From Eledone cirrhosa (Eukaryota): a DNA stretch of 64,000 bases. Below are positions 1 through 9,500 of the stretch, piece by piece (within the stretch, counting starts at the first letter, position 1; each line of letters starts with the position of its first letter). The stretch covers positions 339,264,001-339,328,000 of the forward strand of contig OZ024743.1 of the NCBI GenBank assembly GCA_964016885.1, written 5' to 3'. A model generated the notes under the pieces. That model worked only from the letters and a program-made list of their open reading frames with translations, did no database searches and was not told the origin of the DNA. The position numbers were made by a program, and so were the translations under genes.

Positions 1-1813
1 CCAGGTCTCACTACCATGCAACATTGCTGTTCGTATGCAGGCATCGTACAACCTGCCTTTCATTTTTAGGGAGAACCCTTTAGCAGCTAATAGTGGTATA
101 AGCTCTCTGAACTTTTTCCAACCAGTTCTGACTCTAGCTACAGTACTTTCAGAGCACCCTCCCCCACTGCTGATTTTATCGCCCAGGTAACGGAAGCTGT
201 CCACTATTTCTATAGAACCCTCTGCGCAATTGAAAGAGCTAGTATTTTGTGGGCACTTGCTGCTACTTATTGCACCAGAACACCGGCCACATGTAAAGTC
301 TATGTTCTTAGTTAGCTTACCTGTGATCCCACTACATCTTTTATGCACCCATACTTTGCATTTAGGACATAAGATGGAGTTTCTACCTACGCCTTTCCTA
401 CATACCGAGCACGACCATTTCCCAGAAGGGACCGCCGCCTTGTTTTCTTTCCTGCAAACTAGAACTTTGGTCTTAGCCAGGTTAATTTTAAGTCCTTTTG
501 ACTCTAGGCCGTGCTTCCATGTTTGGAATTTCTTCTCTAGCTCGGCCATTGATTCCGCTATGAGTGTCAGGTCGTCTGCGTATAGGAGTTCCCATGGGCA
601 GCCTGTCTTGAACTCCTCTGTTATAGCCTGAAGGGCAATAATAAATAGTAGGGGGCTGAGAACAGAGCCCTGATGGACGCCAACTTTTACGCTAAACTCT
701 TCACTATATTCGTTGTTAATTCTAACCTTGCTGACTGTTTCTTTATACATGGCTTGTATAGCCCTCACAAGCCATTCGTCAACGCCTAGTTTTCTAAGAG
801 CCCACCAGATAATGGAGCGGGGGACTCTGTCGAAGGCTTTCTCCAGGTCGACAAAAGCTAAGTAGAGGGGTTTACCTTTAGCTAGGTACTTCTCCTGTAG
901 TTGTCGTACTATGAAAAGAGCGTCTGTGGTGCTTTTGCCTGACACAAACCCGAACTGCATTTCATCTAGATCAATTCTCTCTCTGATTAGTTGCGCTATT
1001 ACTTTTTCCGTGACCTTCATGACCTGGTCGATTAATTTAATGCCTCTATAGTTACTCCTATCTAGGGCGTCTCCTTTACCCTTATAACAGTTAACGATGA
1101 TGCTGCTATGCCAGTCCTTCGGAACAACCCCATTCTGTACGACTTGGTTAACTATGCGGGTGACCATGGTGTGTCCCACCGTGCCAGATGCCTTCAGCAT
1201 CTCAGCAACTATTTCCGAAGGCCCAGCCGCCTTACCAGTCTTCATATCCTTGATTGCCTTACTTATTATACTCCCCTCGACTAACACTGCTGGTCCCTCT
1301 ATCGGGTCGATATGGGGGAGACTGTCTTTCTCCCATTTATTCTCCTCATTTAGTAGCCTTTCATAGTGACACTTCCAAGCTACCTTCTTATCAGTGTCGG
1401 TGATGGCAAGTATGCCATCATCGTTAAGTACACACTTCTCCCCGACAATATCACGGTTTTCCTTGACGCATTGCCTGGCAATCCTGAACACCTCACGTTT
1501 TTGGTCATCGCGTTGTAGAACATGCTTGAACTTTCTTTCCTCAGCTTCCATTCTTGCTAAGTACACTTCTCTCCTAGCTTCCCTCCTGGCCACTTGATAG
1601 TCTACTCTACTTCCCCCATCCCGCCATACTTTCCAAGCCTGCTTTTTGGCCTTAATTGACCCCTCCACCCTATTGTTCCACCACCATGTTACTCTCCTCC
1701 TGTCTACAGGCCTGCTCCAGCCACAGACTTCGTCTGTCGCCAACAGCAGGTTTGCTTTCAGAAATTCCCACTGTCCCTCTATATTGTCCGATTCTAGATG
1801 CTCTTCCTTACTG
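1..1813 (-). mobile_element. 5'-truncated RTE-clade LINE copy (RT region); its 3' end lies outside the window
   Basis: Colinear with 3497-5309 of the intact LINE at a constant offset of 3496, with no indels seen and about 25-30 substitutions by eye. Similarity stops at 1813 (...ccttactg), where a (TA)n tract begins. Confidence 0.93.
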
Positions 1814-2052
1814 ATATCTATATATATATATATATCTATATATATATATATATATATCTATATATATATATATATATATATCTATATATATATATATATA
1901 TATATCTATATATATATATATATATATCTATATATATCTATATATATATATATCTATATATATATCTATATATATCTATATATATATCTATATATATCTA
2001 TATCTATATATATCTATATATATATATATATATATATCTATATATATATATA

Positions 2053-2085
<33 letters not shown>

Positions 2086-2097
2086 ATATATATATAT
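1814..2097. repeat. (TA)n microsatellite with TC interruptions
   Basis: Continuous tatata run with interspersed tatc. Confidence 0.97.
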
Positions 2098-2428
2098 CTT
2101 CTTTCCTTTTACGTCCGCTTTTACCTGCTTGCAAGGGTGGGACGGGAACTGATTCTGGCTTGATTTCTACAGCTGGATGCCCTTCCTAACACCAACCTCA
2201 TTTACAGTGAGTGCTGGGTGCTTTTTGCTGTGGCACCTCCACGACCACTTTGCAGTGGAATGATAGGGACCCCAGTCCCTATCATCTCATTTCTACAGCT
2301 GAGTAAACTGGAGCAATGTGAAATAAAGTGTCTTGCTCAAGGAAACAACACATCACCCGGTCTGAGAATTGAACTCACAACCTTTCGATTGCAAGTCCAA
2401 TGCTCTAACCACTAAGCCATGTGCCTCC
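2098..2428 (-). mobile_element. tRNA-derived SINE with CORE-like domain and RTE-like 3' tail
   Basis: Minus strand starts GGAGGCACA. It has an A-box-like TGGCTTAGTGG (2419-2409), a B-box-like GTTCAATTC (2374-2366) and a CORE-like TCCTTGAGCAAGACACTT (2343-2326). The last ~130 nt match the LINE 3'UTR (tttctacagYtggatgcccttcctaacaccaacc; acgtccg...ggacggg). Confidence 0.8.
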
Positions 2429-2439
2429 ATATATATATA

Positions 2440-2490
<51 letters not shown>

Positions 2491-2750
2491 ATATCTATAT
2501 ATATATATACCTATATATATATATATCTATATCTATATATATATATATCTATATATATCTATATCTATATCTATATATATCTATATCTATATATATATAT
2601 ATCTATATCTATATATATATCTATATCTATATATATCTATATCTATATATATATATATCTATATATCTATATCTATATATCTATATATATATATATGTAT
2701 CTATATCTCTATATATATATATCTATATATATCTATATATATATATATCT
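2429..2750. repeat. (TA)n/(TATATC)n microsatellite
   Basis: Continuous TA/TATC run between the SINE head and the LINE 3' tail. Confidence 0.97.
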
Positions 2751-3109
2751 ATCATCATCATCATCATCATCAACGTTTAACGTCCGTGTTCCACGCTTGC
2801 ATGGGTTTGGACGGGGGTAGTCCCACTTGAGGCAAGAGTGATTGTCTTGCTCGCATAGGACTGTCTGGCAGGTTTTCTACAGTTGGATGCCCTTCCTAAC
2901 ACCAACCACATTTACAGTGTGGGTCTGGGAGGTTTTTACCGTGTTGCCTACACGGCCACATTACAGCGTGGACTGTGTGTTTTTTTGTCGTGACACCTAC
3001 ACGATCTCATTTGTTTCGGCCCGGATGGCGCGGCACCAACATAACTTTACGTAGGACGGGGTGGTGTGGATGGGGTGGGGGTGGTGGTGGTGGGACGGGG
3101 TGTATTTTG

Positions 3110-6100
3110 TTAGAGATGCCTACTGGCAAGGCGGGTCTTCTCTGTTACTGAGTACCGCCAAAGGTCTCGGTCCAGTGACATTGTCTTGGAGAGGTGTAAG
3201 TGTGTGAGGTCGGAGTTTATCAGCTCGTCCCAGGTTTTTCTAGGTCTGCCTATTCCGTGGCTACCGTCTATCTTTATTGCCCTGCACTTTGTTATACAGC
3301 TATCGACTTTCATGCGCATCACGTGTCCATACCAACGTAGCCTTCTCTCGAGTAAACAACATCTGATCCCTCTTATCTCTAATTTTTTCCTTAGTTCGTT
3401 TATGCTTTGCCGTTCACGTATATTACTGTTACACATCCAGCGGAGCATGCAAGCTTCGTTCCTCTCTAGTCTGCGTATATCCTCTGCACACAATGCCCAG
3501 GTCTCACTGCCATGCAACATTGCTGTTCGTATGCAGGCATCGTACAACCTGCCTTTCATTTTTAGGGAGAACCCTTTAGCAGCTAATAGTGGTATAAGCT
3601 CTCTGAACTTTTTCCAACCAGTTCTGACTCTAGCTACAGTACTTTCAGAGCACCCTCCCCCACTGCTGATTTTATCGCCCAGGTAACGGAAGCTGTCCAC
3701 TATTTCTATAGAACCCTCTGCGCAATTGAAAGAGCTAGTATTGTGTGGGCACTTGCTGCTACTTATTGCACCAGAACACCGGCCACATGTAAAATCTATG
3801 TTCTTAGTTAGCTTACCTGTGATCCCACTACATCTTTTATGCACCCATACTTTGCATTTAGGACACAAAATGGAGTTTCTACCTACGCCTTTCCTACACA
3901 CCGAGCACGACCATTTCCCAGAAGGGACCGCCGCCTTGTTTTCTTTCCTACAAACTAGAACTTTGGTCTTAGCCAGGTTAATTTTAAGTCCTTTTGACTC
4001 TAGGCCGTGCTTCCATGTTTGGAATTTCTTCTCTAGCTCGGCCATTGATTCCGCTATGAGTGTCAGGTCGTCTGCGTATAGGAGTTCCCATGGGCAGCCT
4101 GTCTTGAACTCCTCTGTTATAGCCTGAAGGGCAATAATAAATAGTAGGGGGCTGAGAACAGAGCCCTGATGGACGCCAACTTTTACGCTAAACTCTTCAC
4201 TATATTCGTTGTTAATTCTAACCTTGCTGACTGTTTCTTTATACATGGCTTGTATAGCCCTCACAAGCCATTCGTCAACGCCTAGTTTTCTAAGAGCCCA
4301 CCAGATAATGGAGCGGGGGACTCTGTCGAAGGCTTTCTCCAAGTCGACAAAAGCTAAGTAGAGGGGTTTACCTTTAGCTAGGTACTTCTCCTGTAGTTGT
4401 CGTACTATGAAAAGAGCGTCTGTGGTACTTTTGCCTGACACAAACCCGAACTGCATTTCATCTAGGTCAATTCTCTCTCTGATTAGTTGCGCTATTACTT
4501 TTTCTGTGACCTTCATGACCTGGTCGATTAATTTAATGCCTCTATAGTTACTCCTATCTAGGGCGTCTCCTTTACCCTTATAACAGTTAACGATGATGCT
4601 GCTATGCCAGTCCTTCGGAACAACCCCATTCTGTACGACTTGGTTAACTATGCGGGTGACCATGGTGTGTCCCACCGTGCCAGATGCCTTCAGCATCTCA
4701 GCAACTATTTCCGAAGGCCCAGCCGCCTTACCTGTCTTCATATCCTTGATTGCCTTACTTATTATACTCCCCTCGACTAACACTGCTGGTCCCTCTATTG
4801 GGTCGACATGGGGGAGACTGTCTTTCTCCCATTTATTCTCCTCATTTAGTAGCCTTTCATAGTGACACTTCCAAGCTGCCTTCTTATCAGTGTCGGTGAT
4901 GGCAAGTATGCCATCATCGTTAAGTACACACTTCTCCCCGACAATATCACGGTTTTCCTTGACGCATTGCCTAGCAATCCTGAACACCTCACGTTTTTGG
5001 TCATCGCGTTGTAGGACATGCTTGAACTTTCTTTCCTCAGCTTCCCTTCTTGCTAAGTACACTTCTCTCCTAGCTTCCCTCCTGGCCACTTGATAGTCTA
5101 CTCTACTTCCCCCATCCCGCCATACTTTCCAAGCCTGCTTTTTGGCCTTAATTGACTCCTCCACCTTACTGTTCCACCACCATGTTACTCTCCTCCTGCC
5201 TACAGGCCTGCTCCAGCCACAGACTTCGTCTGTGGCCAACAGCAGGTTTGCTTTCAGAAATTCCCACTGTCCCTCTATATTGTCCGACTCTAAGTGTTCT
5301 TCCTTACTGTCGAAAGCATCAAGTAATATGTTTTGAAATTTATTTTTGGCTGTGGGGTCCTTTAGCTTCCATATTTTTCTCCTGAGGATAGTCCTCTTCT
5401 GCTGTCGAGTACGTCTCGACCTGACTATGAGGTCGCTAATTATCAGTCTATGTTGGGAGGTGCATTCTTCATGGGGGAGGGATTTAGTGTTTACAACAGA
5501 CACTCTGTCACGTCTTCTGGTAAGGATATAATCTACCTGGCTTGTGTGTTCCCCGGATCTATAGGTGATCAGGTGATTGTCACGTTTTTTGAAGTTAGTG
5601 TTACAGATAGTTAGGTTATTTGCATCACAGAATTCCAGGATTCTGGAGCCTTCCTCATTTCTAGTACCAAACCCATAGCCTCCATGGATTTCGTCGTAGC
5701 CGTCACAATGTTGCCCAACGTGACCATTTAGGTCGCCTGCAATAATTATATAGTCACTGTCAGATATTTGGGAGGTAGTGAGCATCAGTGTCTCATAGAA
5801 TCTGTCTTTTATAGTGCCGGGCAGTCCGGATTGGGGTGCATACGCAGATATTACTGTCACCGTAGTTCTATTGAGGACAAGTCGTATTTTAATTATTCTG
5901 TCGTTCACTCTATTTACGTCTATTATCTTATCCGCCCACTTTTCTGCTACCATGATTCCTACTCCACCCAGCCCATCGTCGTTTCCCACCCAGAAAAGCT
6001 TATAACATCGTTTTTTACCCTCAATGAATCTAGCAGACCCACCCCTCCACCTGGTCTCTTGAATACAACAAACATCGACCTCCTTACGTTCAAGCATTTC

Positions 6101-6364
6101 TACAACCTCGTTAGCGCGCCCCTTTAGGGTGCCTACATTTATGGTACCAACTCTGAAGTTTTGGATCGCGTTTGGAGGGTGGGGGTGGTGTGGGGCGGGG
6201 GGAGATGGGGTTATGTTAGCCATCCGCGGGCGAAACAAAGAAGAGTGCTCGCATTCTCGTCCACGAGGTGAATTTGACTTTAGCATTGGCATTTTCGCTC
6301 TGAGCGTCCAGATTTTTCTCTCCCCTCCACTCTCCAGGATTCCGCAGTCCGTCCATCCATCCAT
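3110..6364 (-). CDS. RTE-type ORF (1084 aa): APE endonuclease + reverse transcriptase with an embedded Cys/His finger
   Basis: APE motifs GTINVGTL, IQETRW, SAYAPQ, GDLNGHVG, VDYIL, SQHR. RT motifs NYRGIKL, QFGF, FVDLEKAFDRV, GVHQGSVLSPLLF, YADD (4078-4067), GLKINLAKTK, FRYLG. RTE-like C-terminus RRLRWYGHVMR...GRPRKTW. No stops or frameshifts. Confidence 0.96.
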   Translation of the reverse strand: MDGWTDCGILESGGERKIWTLRAKMPMLKSNSPRGRECEHSSLFRPRMANITPSPPAPHHPHPPNAIQNFRVGTINVGTLKGRANEVVEMLERKEVDVCCIQETRWRGGSARFIEGKKRCYKLFWVGNDDGLGGVGIMVAEKWADKIIDVNRVNDRIIKIRLVLNRTTVTVISAYAPQSGLPGTIKDRFYETLMLTTSQISDSDYIIIAGDLNGHVGQHCDGYDEIHGGYGFGTRNEEGSRILEFCDANNLTICNTNFKKRDNHLITYRSGEHTSQVDYILTRRRDRVSVVNTKSLPHEECTSQHRLIISDLIVRSRRTRQQKRTILRRKIWKLKDPTAKNKFQNILLDAFDSKEEHLESDNIEGQWEFLKANLLLATDEVCGWSRPVGRRRVTWWWNSKVEESIKAKKQAWKVWRDGGSRVDYQVARREARREVYLARREAEERKFKHVLQRDDQKREVFRIARQCVKENRDIVGEKCVLNDDGILAITDTDKKAAWKCHYERLLNEENKWEKDSLPHVDPIEGPAVLVEGSIISKAIKDMKTGKAAGPSEIVAEMLKASGTVGHTMVTRIVNQVVQNGVVPKDWHSSIIVNCYKGKGDALDRSNYRGIKLIDQVMKVTEKVIAQLIRERIDLDEMQFGFVSGKSTTDALFIVRQLQEKYLAKGKPLYLAFVDLEKAFDRVPRSIIWWALRKLGVDEWLVRAIQAMYKETVSKVRINNEYSEEFSVKVGVHQGSVLSPLLFIIALQAITEEFKTGCPWELLYADDLTLIAESMAELEKKFQTWKHGLESKGLKINLAKTKVLVCRKENKAAVPSGKWSCSVCRKGVGRNSILCPKCKVWVHKRCSGITGKLTKNIDFTCGRCSGAISSSKCPHNTSSFNCAEGSIEIVDSFRYLGDKISSGGGCSESTVARVRTGWKKFRELIPLLAAKGFSLKMKGRLYDACIRTAMLHGSETWALCAEDIRRLERNEACMLRWMCNSNIRERQSINELRKKLEIRGIRCCLLERRLRWYGHVMRMKVDSCITKCRAIKIDGSHGIGRPRKTWDELINSDLTHLHLSKTMSLDRDLWRYSVTEKTRLASRHL

Positions 6365-6406
6365 CCATCATATATCGAAGGCAACCGTGCAAGCGATAGT
6401 ATAGGC

Positions 6407-6580
6407 CTCTGGCTTATGATTGGTCCGCGTAATAATAATAATGGTGATGCGTGTGGGGGGGGGGGTCTCTGGCTTATAGTAATAATGGTGATGCGTGTGG
6501 GGGGGGGGGGGGTCTCTGGCTTATGATTGGTCCACGTATTAAGAATGGTGGTGTGTGGGGGCGGGTGGGAGGGATGTGGG
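6407..6580. repeat. Three imperfect 47-60 bp direct repeats immediately upstream of the LINE ORF
   Basis: ctctggcttat recurs at 6407, 6467 and 6514, each followed by aatggtgRtgYgtg and a G-run. Confidence 0.85.
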
Positions 6581-6582
6581 GT

Positions 6583-9500
6583 AGCTAGCTGGAAGGTTAT
6601 GAATGTTTACCAGCGAGTAACAAAAAGCAAAACTGCAAGATTTGTTCTGTTCAATACGACAAAAACACCGTATTTAAACCTTAATAAATAACAAAAAATA
6701 CAGATTTCGGATTTTGCGGGATTGGATGTTTGTACGAAATTGTGGTGTGTGGAGGAGATAGGAAAAACGTGAACGTTACGATTACATGGTTACACCGTAG
6801 TAGGGGTAGTTGAAGCAGCAATTGTTTGGCGAAAGTGAATAAACATGAACGGGAATTTATCTTATATATATATGTGTGTGTGTGTGTGTGTAGCTAAGAG
6901 AGAGAGAGAGTGGGAAGGGGGAGAGAGAGAGAGAGAGAGTGGCTGACCGCAACCCCTCGTGAAGAAAATGGTGGGTGAAGGGTGTATGAGCGGGATTTTT
7001 GACTTTCGAGGTAGCATGATATATATATTTAAAGTAAATTATAAGAAGTAGAATGGAAAGGATTTTGTTGTTTTTTGTTTTTTTGTTTGAGAATACGATA
7101 GAATTAGGGAATTGGAGGATACGATGGAATTAAGGAATTTAAGGAATTGGAGAATACGATAGAATTAGCTAGCTGGAAGGTTATGAATGTTTACCAGCGA
7201 GTAACAAAAAGCAAAACTGCAAGATTTGTTCTGTTCAATACGACAAAAACACCGTATTTAAACCTTAATAAATAACAAAAAATACAGATTTCGGATTTTG
7301 CGGGATTGGATGTTTGTACGAAATTGTGGTGTGTGGAGGAGATAGGAAAAACGTGAACGTTACGATTACATGGTTACACCGTAGTAGGGGTAGTTGAAGC
7401 AGCAATTGTTTGGCGAAAGTGAATAAACATGAACGGGAATTTATCTTATATATATATGTGTGTGTGTGTGTGTGTAGCTAAGAGAGAGAGAGAGTGGGAA
7501 GGGGGAGAGAGAGAGAGAGAGAGTGGCTGACCGCAACCCCTCGTGAAGAAAATGGTGGGTGAAGGGTGTATGAGCGGGATTTTTGACTTTCGAGGTAGCA
7601 TGATATATATATTTAAAGTAAATTATAAGAAGTAGAATGGAAAGGATTTTGTTGTTTTTTGTTTTTTTGTTTGAGAATACGATAGAATTAGGGAATTGGA
7701 GGATACGATGGAATTAAGGAATTTAAGGAATTGGAGAATACGATAGAATTAGCTAGCTGGAAGGTTATGAATGTTTACCAGCGAGTAACAAAAAGCAAAA
7801 CTGCAAGATTTGTTCTGTTCAATACGACAAAAACACCGTATTTAAACCTTAATAAATAACAAAAAATACAGATTTCGGATTTTGCGGGATTGGATGTTTG
7901 TACGAAATTGTGGTGTGTGGAGGAGATAGGAAAAACGTGAACGTTACGATTACATGGTTACACCGTAGTAGGGGTAGTTGAAGCAGCAATTGTTTGGCGA
8001 AAGTGAATAAACATGAACGGGAATTTATCTTATATATATATGTGTGTGTGTGTGTGTGTAGCTAAGAGAGAGAGAGAGAGAGAGTGGGAAGGGGGAGAGA
8101 GAGAGAGAGAGAGTGGCTGACCGCAACCCCTCGTGAAGAAAATGGTGGGTGAAGGGTGTATGAGCGGGATTTTTGACTTTCGAGGTAGCATGATATATAT
8201 ATTTAAAGTAAATTATAAGAAGTAGAATGGAAAGGATTTTGTTGTTTTTTGTTTTTTTGTTTGAGAATACGATAGAATTAGGGAATTGGAGGATACGATG
8301 GAATTAAGGAATTTAAGGAATTGGAGAATACGATAGAATTAGCTAGCTGGAAGGTTATGAATGTTTACCAGCGAGTAACAAAAAGCAAAACTGCAAGATT
8401 TGTTCTGTTCAATACGACAAAAACACCGTATTTAAACCTTAATAAATAACAAAAAATACAGATTTCGGATTTTGCGGGATTGGATGTTTGTACGAAATTG
8501 TGGTGTGTGGAGGAGATAGGAAAAACGTGAACGTTACGATTACATGGTTACACCGTAGTAGGGGTAGTTGAAGCAGCAATTGTTTGGCGAAAGTGAATAA
8601 ACATGAACGGGAATTTATCTTATATATATATGTGTGTGTGTGTGTGTGTAGCTAAGAGAGAGAGAGAGAGAGAGTGGGAAGGGGGAGAGAGAGAGAGAGA
8701 GAGTGGCTGACCGCAACCCCTCGTGAAGAAAATGGTGGGTGAAGGGTGTATGAGCGGGATTTTTGACTTTCGAGGTAGCATGATATATATATTTAAAGTA
8801 AATTATAAGAAGTAGAATGGAAAGGATTTTGTTGTTTTTTGTTTTTTTGTTTGAGAATACGATAGAATTAGGGAATTGGAGGATACGATGGAATTAAGGA
8901 ATTTAAGGAATTGGAGAATACGATAGAATTAGCTAGCTGGAAGGTTATGAATGTTTACCAGCGAGTAACAAAAAGCAAAACTGCAAGATTTGTTCTGTTC
9001 AATACGACAAAAACACCGTATTTAAACCTTAATAAATAACAAAAAATACAGATTTCGGATTTTGCGGGATTGGATGTTTGTACGAAATTGTGGTGTGTGG
9101 AGGAGATAGGAAAAACGTGAACGTTACGATTACATGGTTACACCGTAGTAGGGGTAGTTGAAGCAGCAATTGTTTGGCGAAAGTGAATAAACATGAACGG
9201 GAATTTATCTTATATATATATGTGTGTGTGTGTGTGTGTAGCTAAGAGAGAGAGAGAGAGAGAGTGGGAAGGGGGAGAGAGAGAGAGAGAGAGTGGCTGA
9301 CCGCAACCCCTCGTGAAGAAAATGGTGGGTGAAGGGTGTATGAGCGGGATTTTTGACTTTCGAGGTAGCATGATATATATATTTAAAGTAAATTATAAGA
9401 AGTAGAATGGAAAGGATTTTGTTGTTTTTTGTTTTTTTGTTTGAGAATACGATAGAATTAGGGAATTGGAGGATACGATGGAATTAAGGAATTTAAGGAA

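Larger units (their letters stand above)
2751..6582 (-). mobile_element. RTE-clade non-LTR retrotransposon with intact ORF, 3'UTR and (GAT)n tail; may extend to 12317 if the upstream tandem array is its 5'UTR
   Basis: Single EN+RT ORF at 6364-3110, 3'UTR at 3109-2772 with a terminal stem-loop, and (ATC)7 at 2751-2771, which reads as a (GAT)n tail on the element strand. Short tandem-repeat tails are typical of RTE elements. Confidence 0.92.

Noticed and set aside
2330-2428. tRNA gene
   Set aside because: It has A/B-box-like motifs but no convincing acceptor stem, and it runs into a CORE-like domain and a LINE-like tail. It is a SINE head.
6210-6290. HDV-like ribozyme near the RTE 5' end (minus strand TTC-ACCTCGT-GGA ... 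GCTAA)
   Set aside because: It has a P3/L3-like look, but I could not find P1, P2 or the GG for P1.1, and it lies inside the ORF. A covariance search would settle it.
230-6404. Short + strand ORFs overlapping the LINE copies
   Set aside because: They are antisense shadows of the RTE ORF with no recognisable domains.
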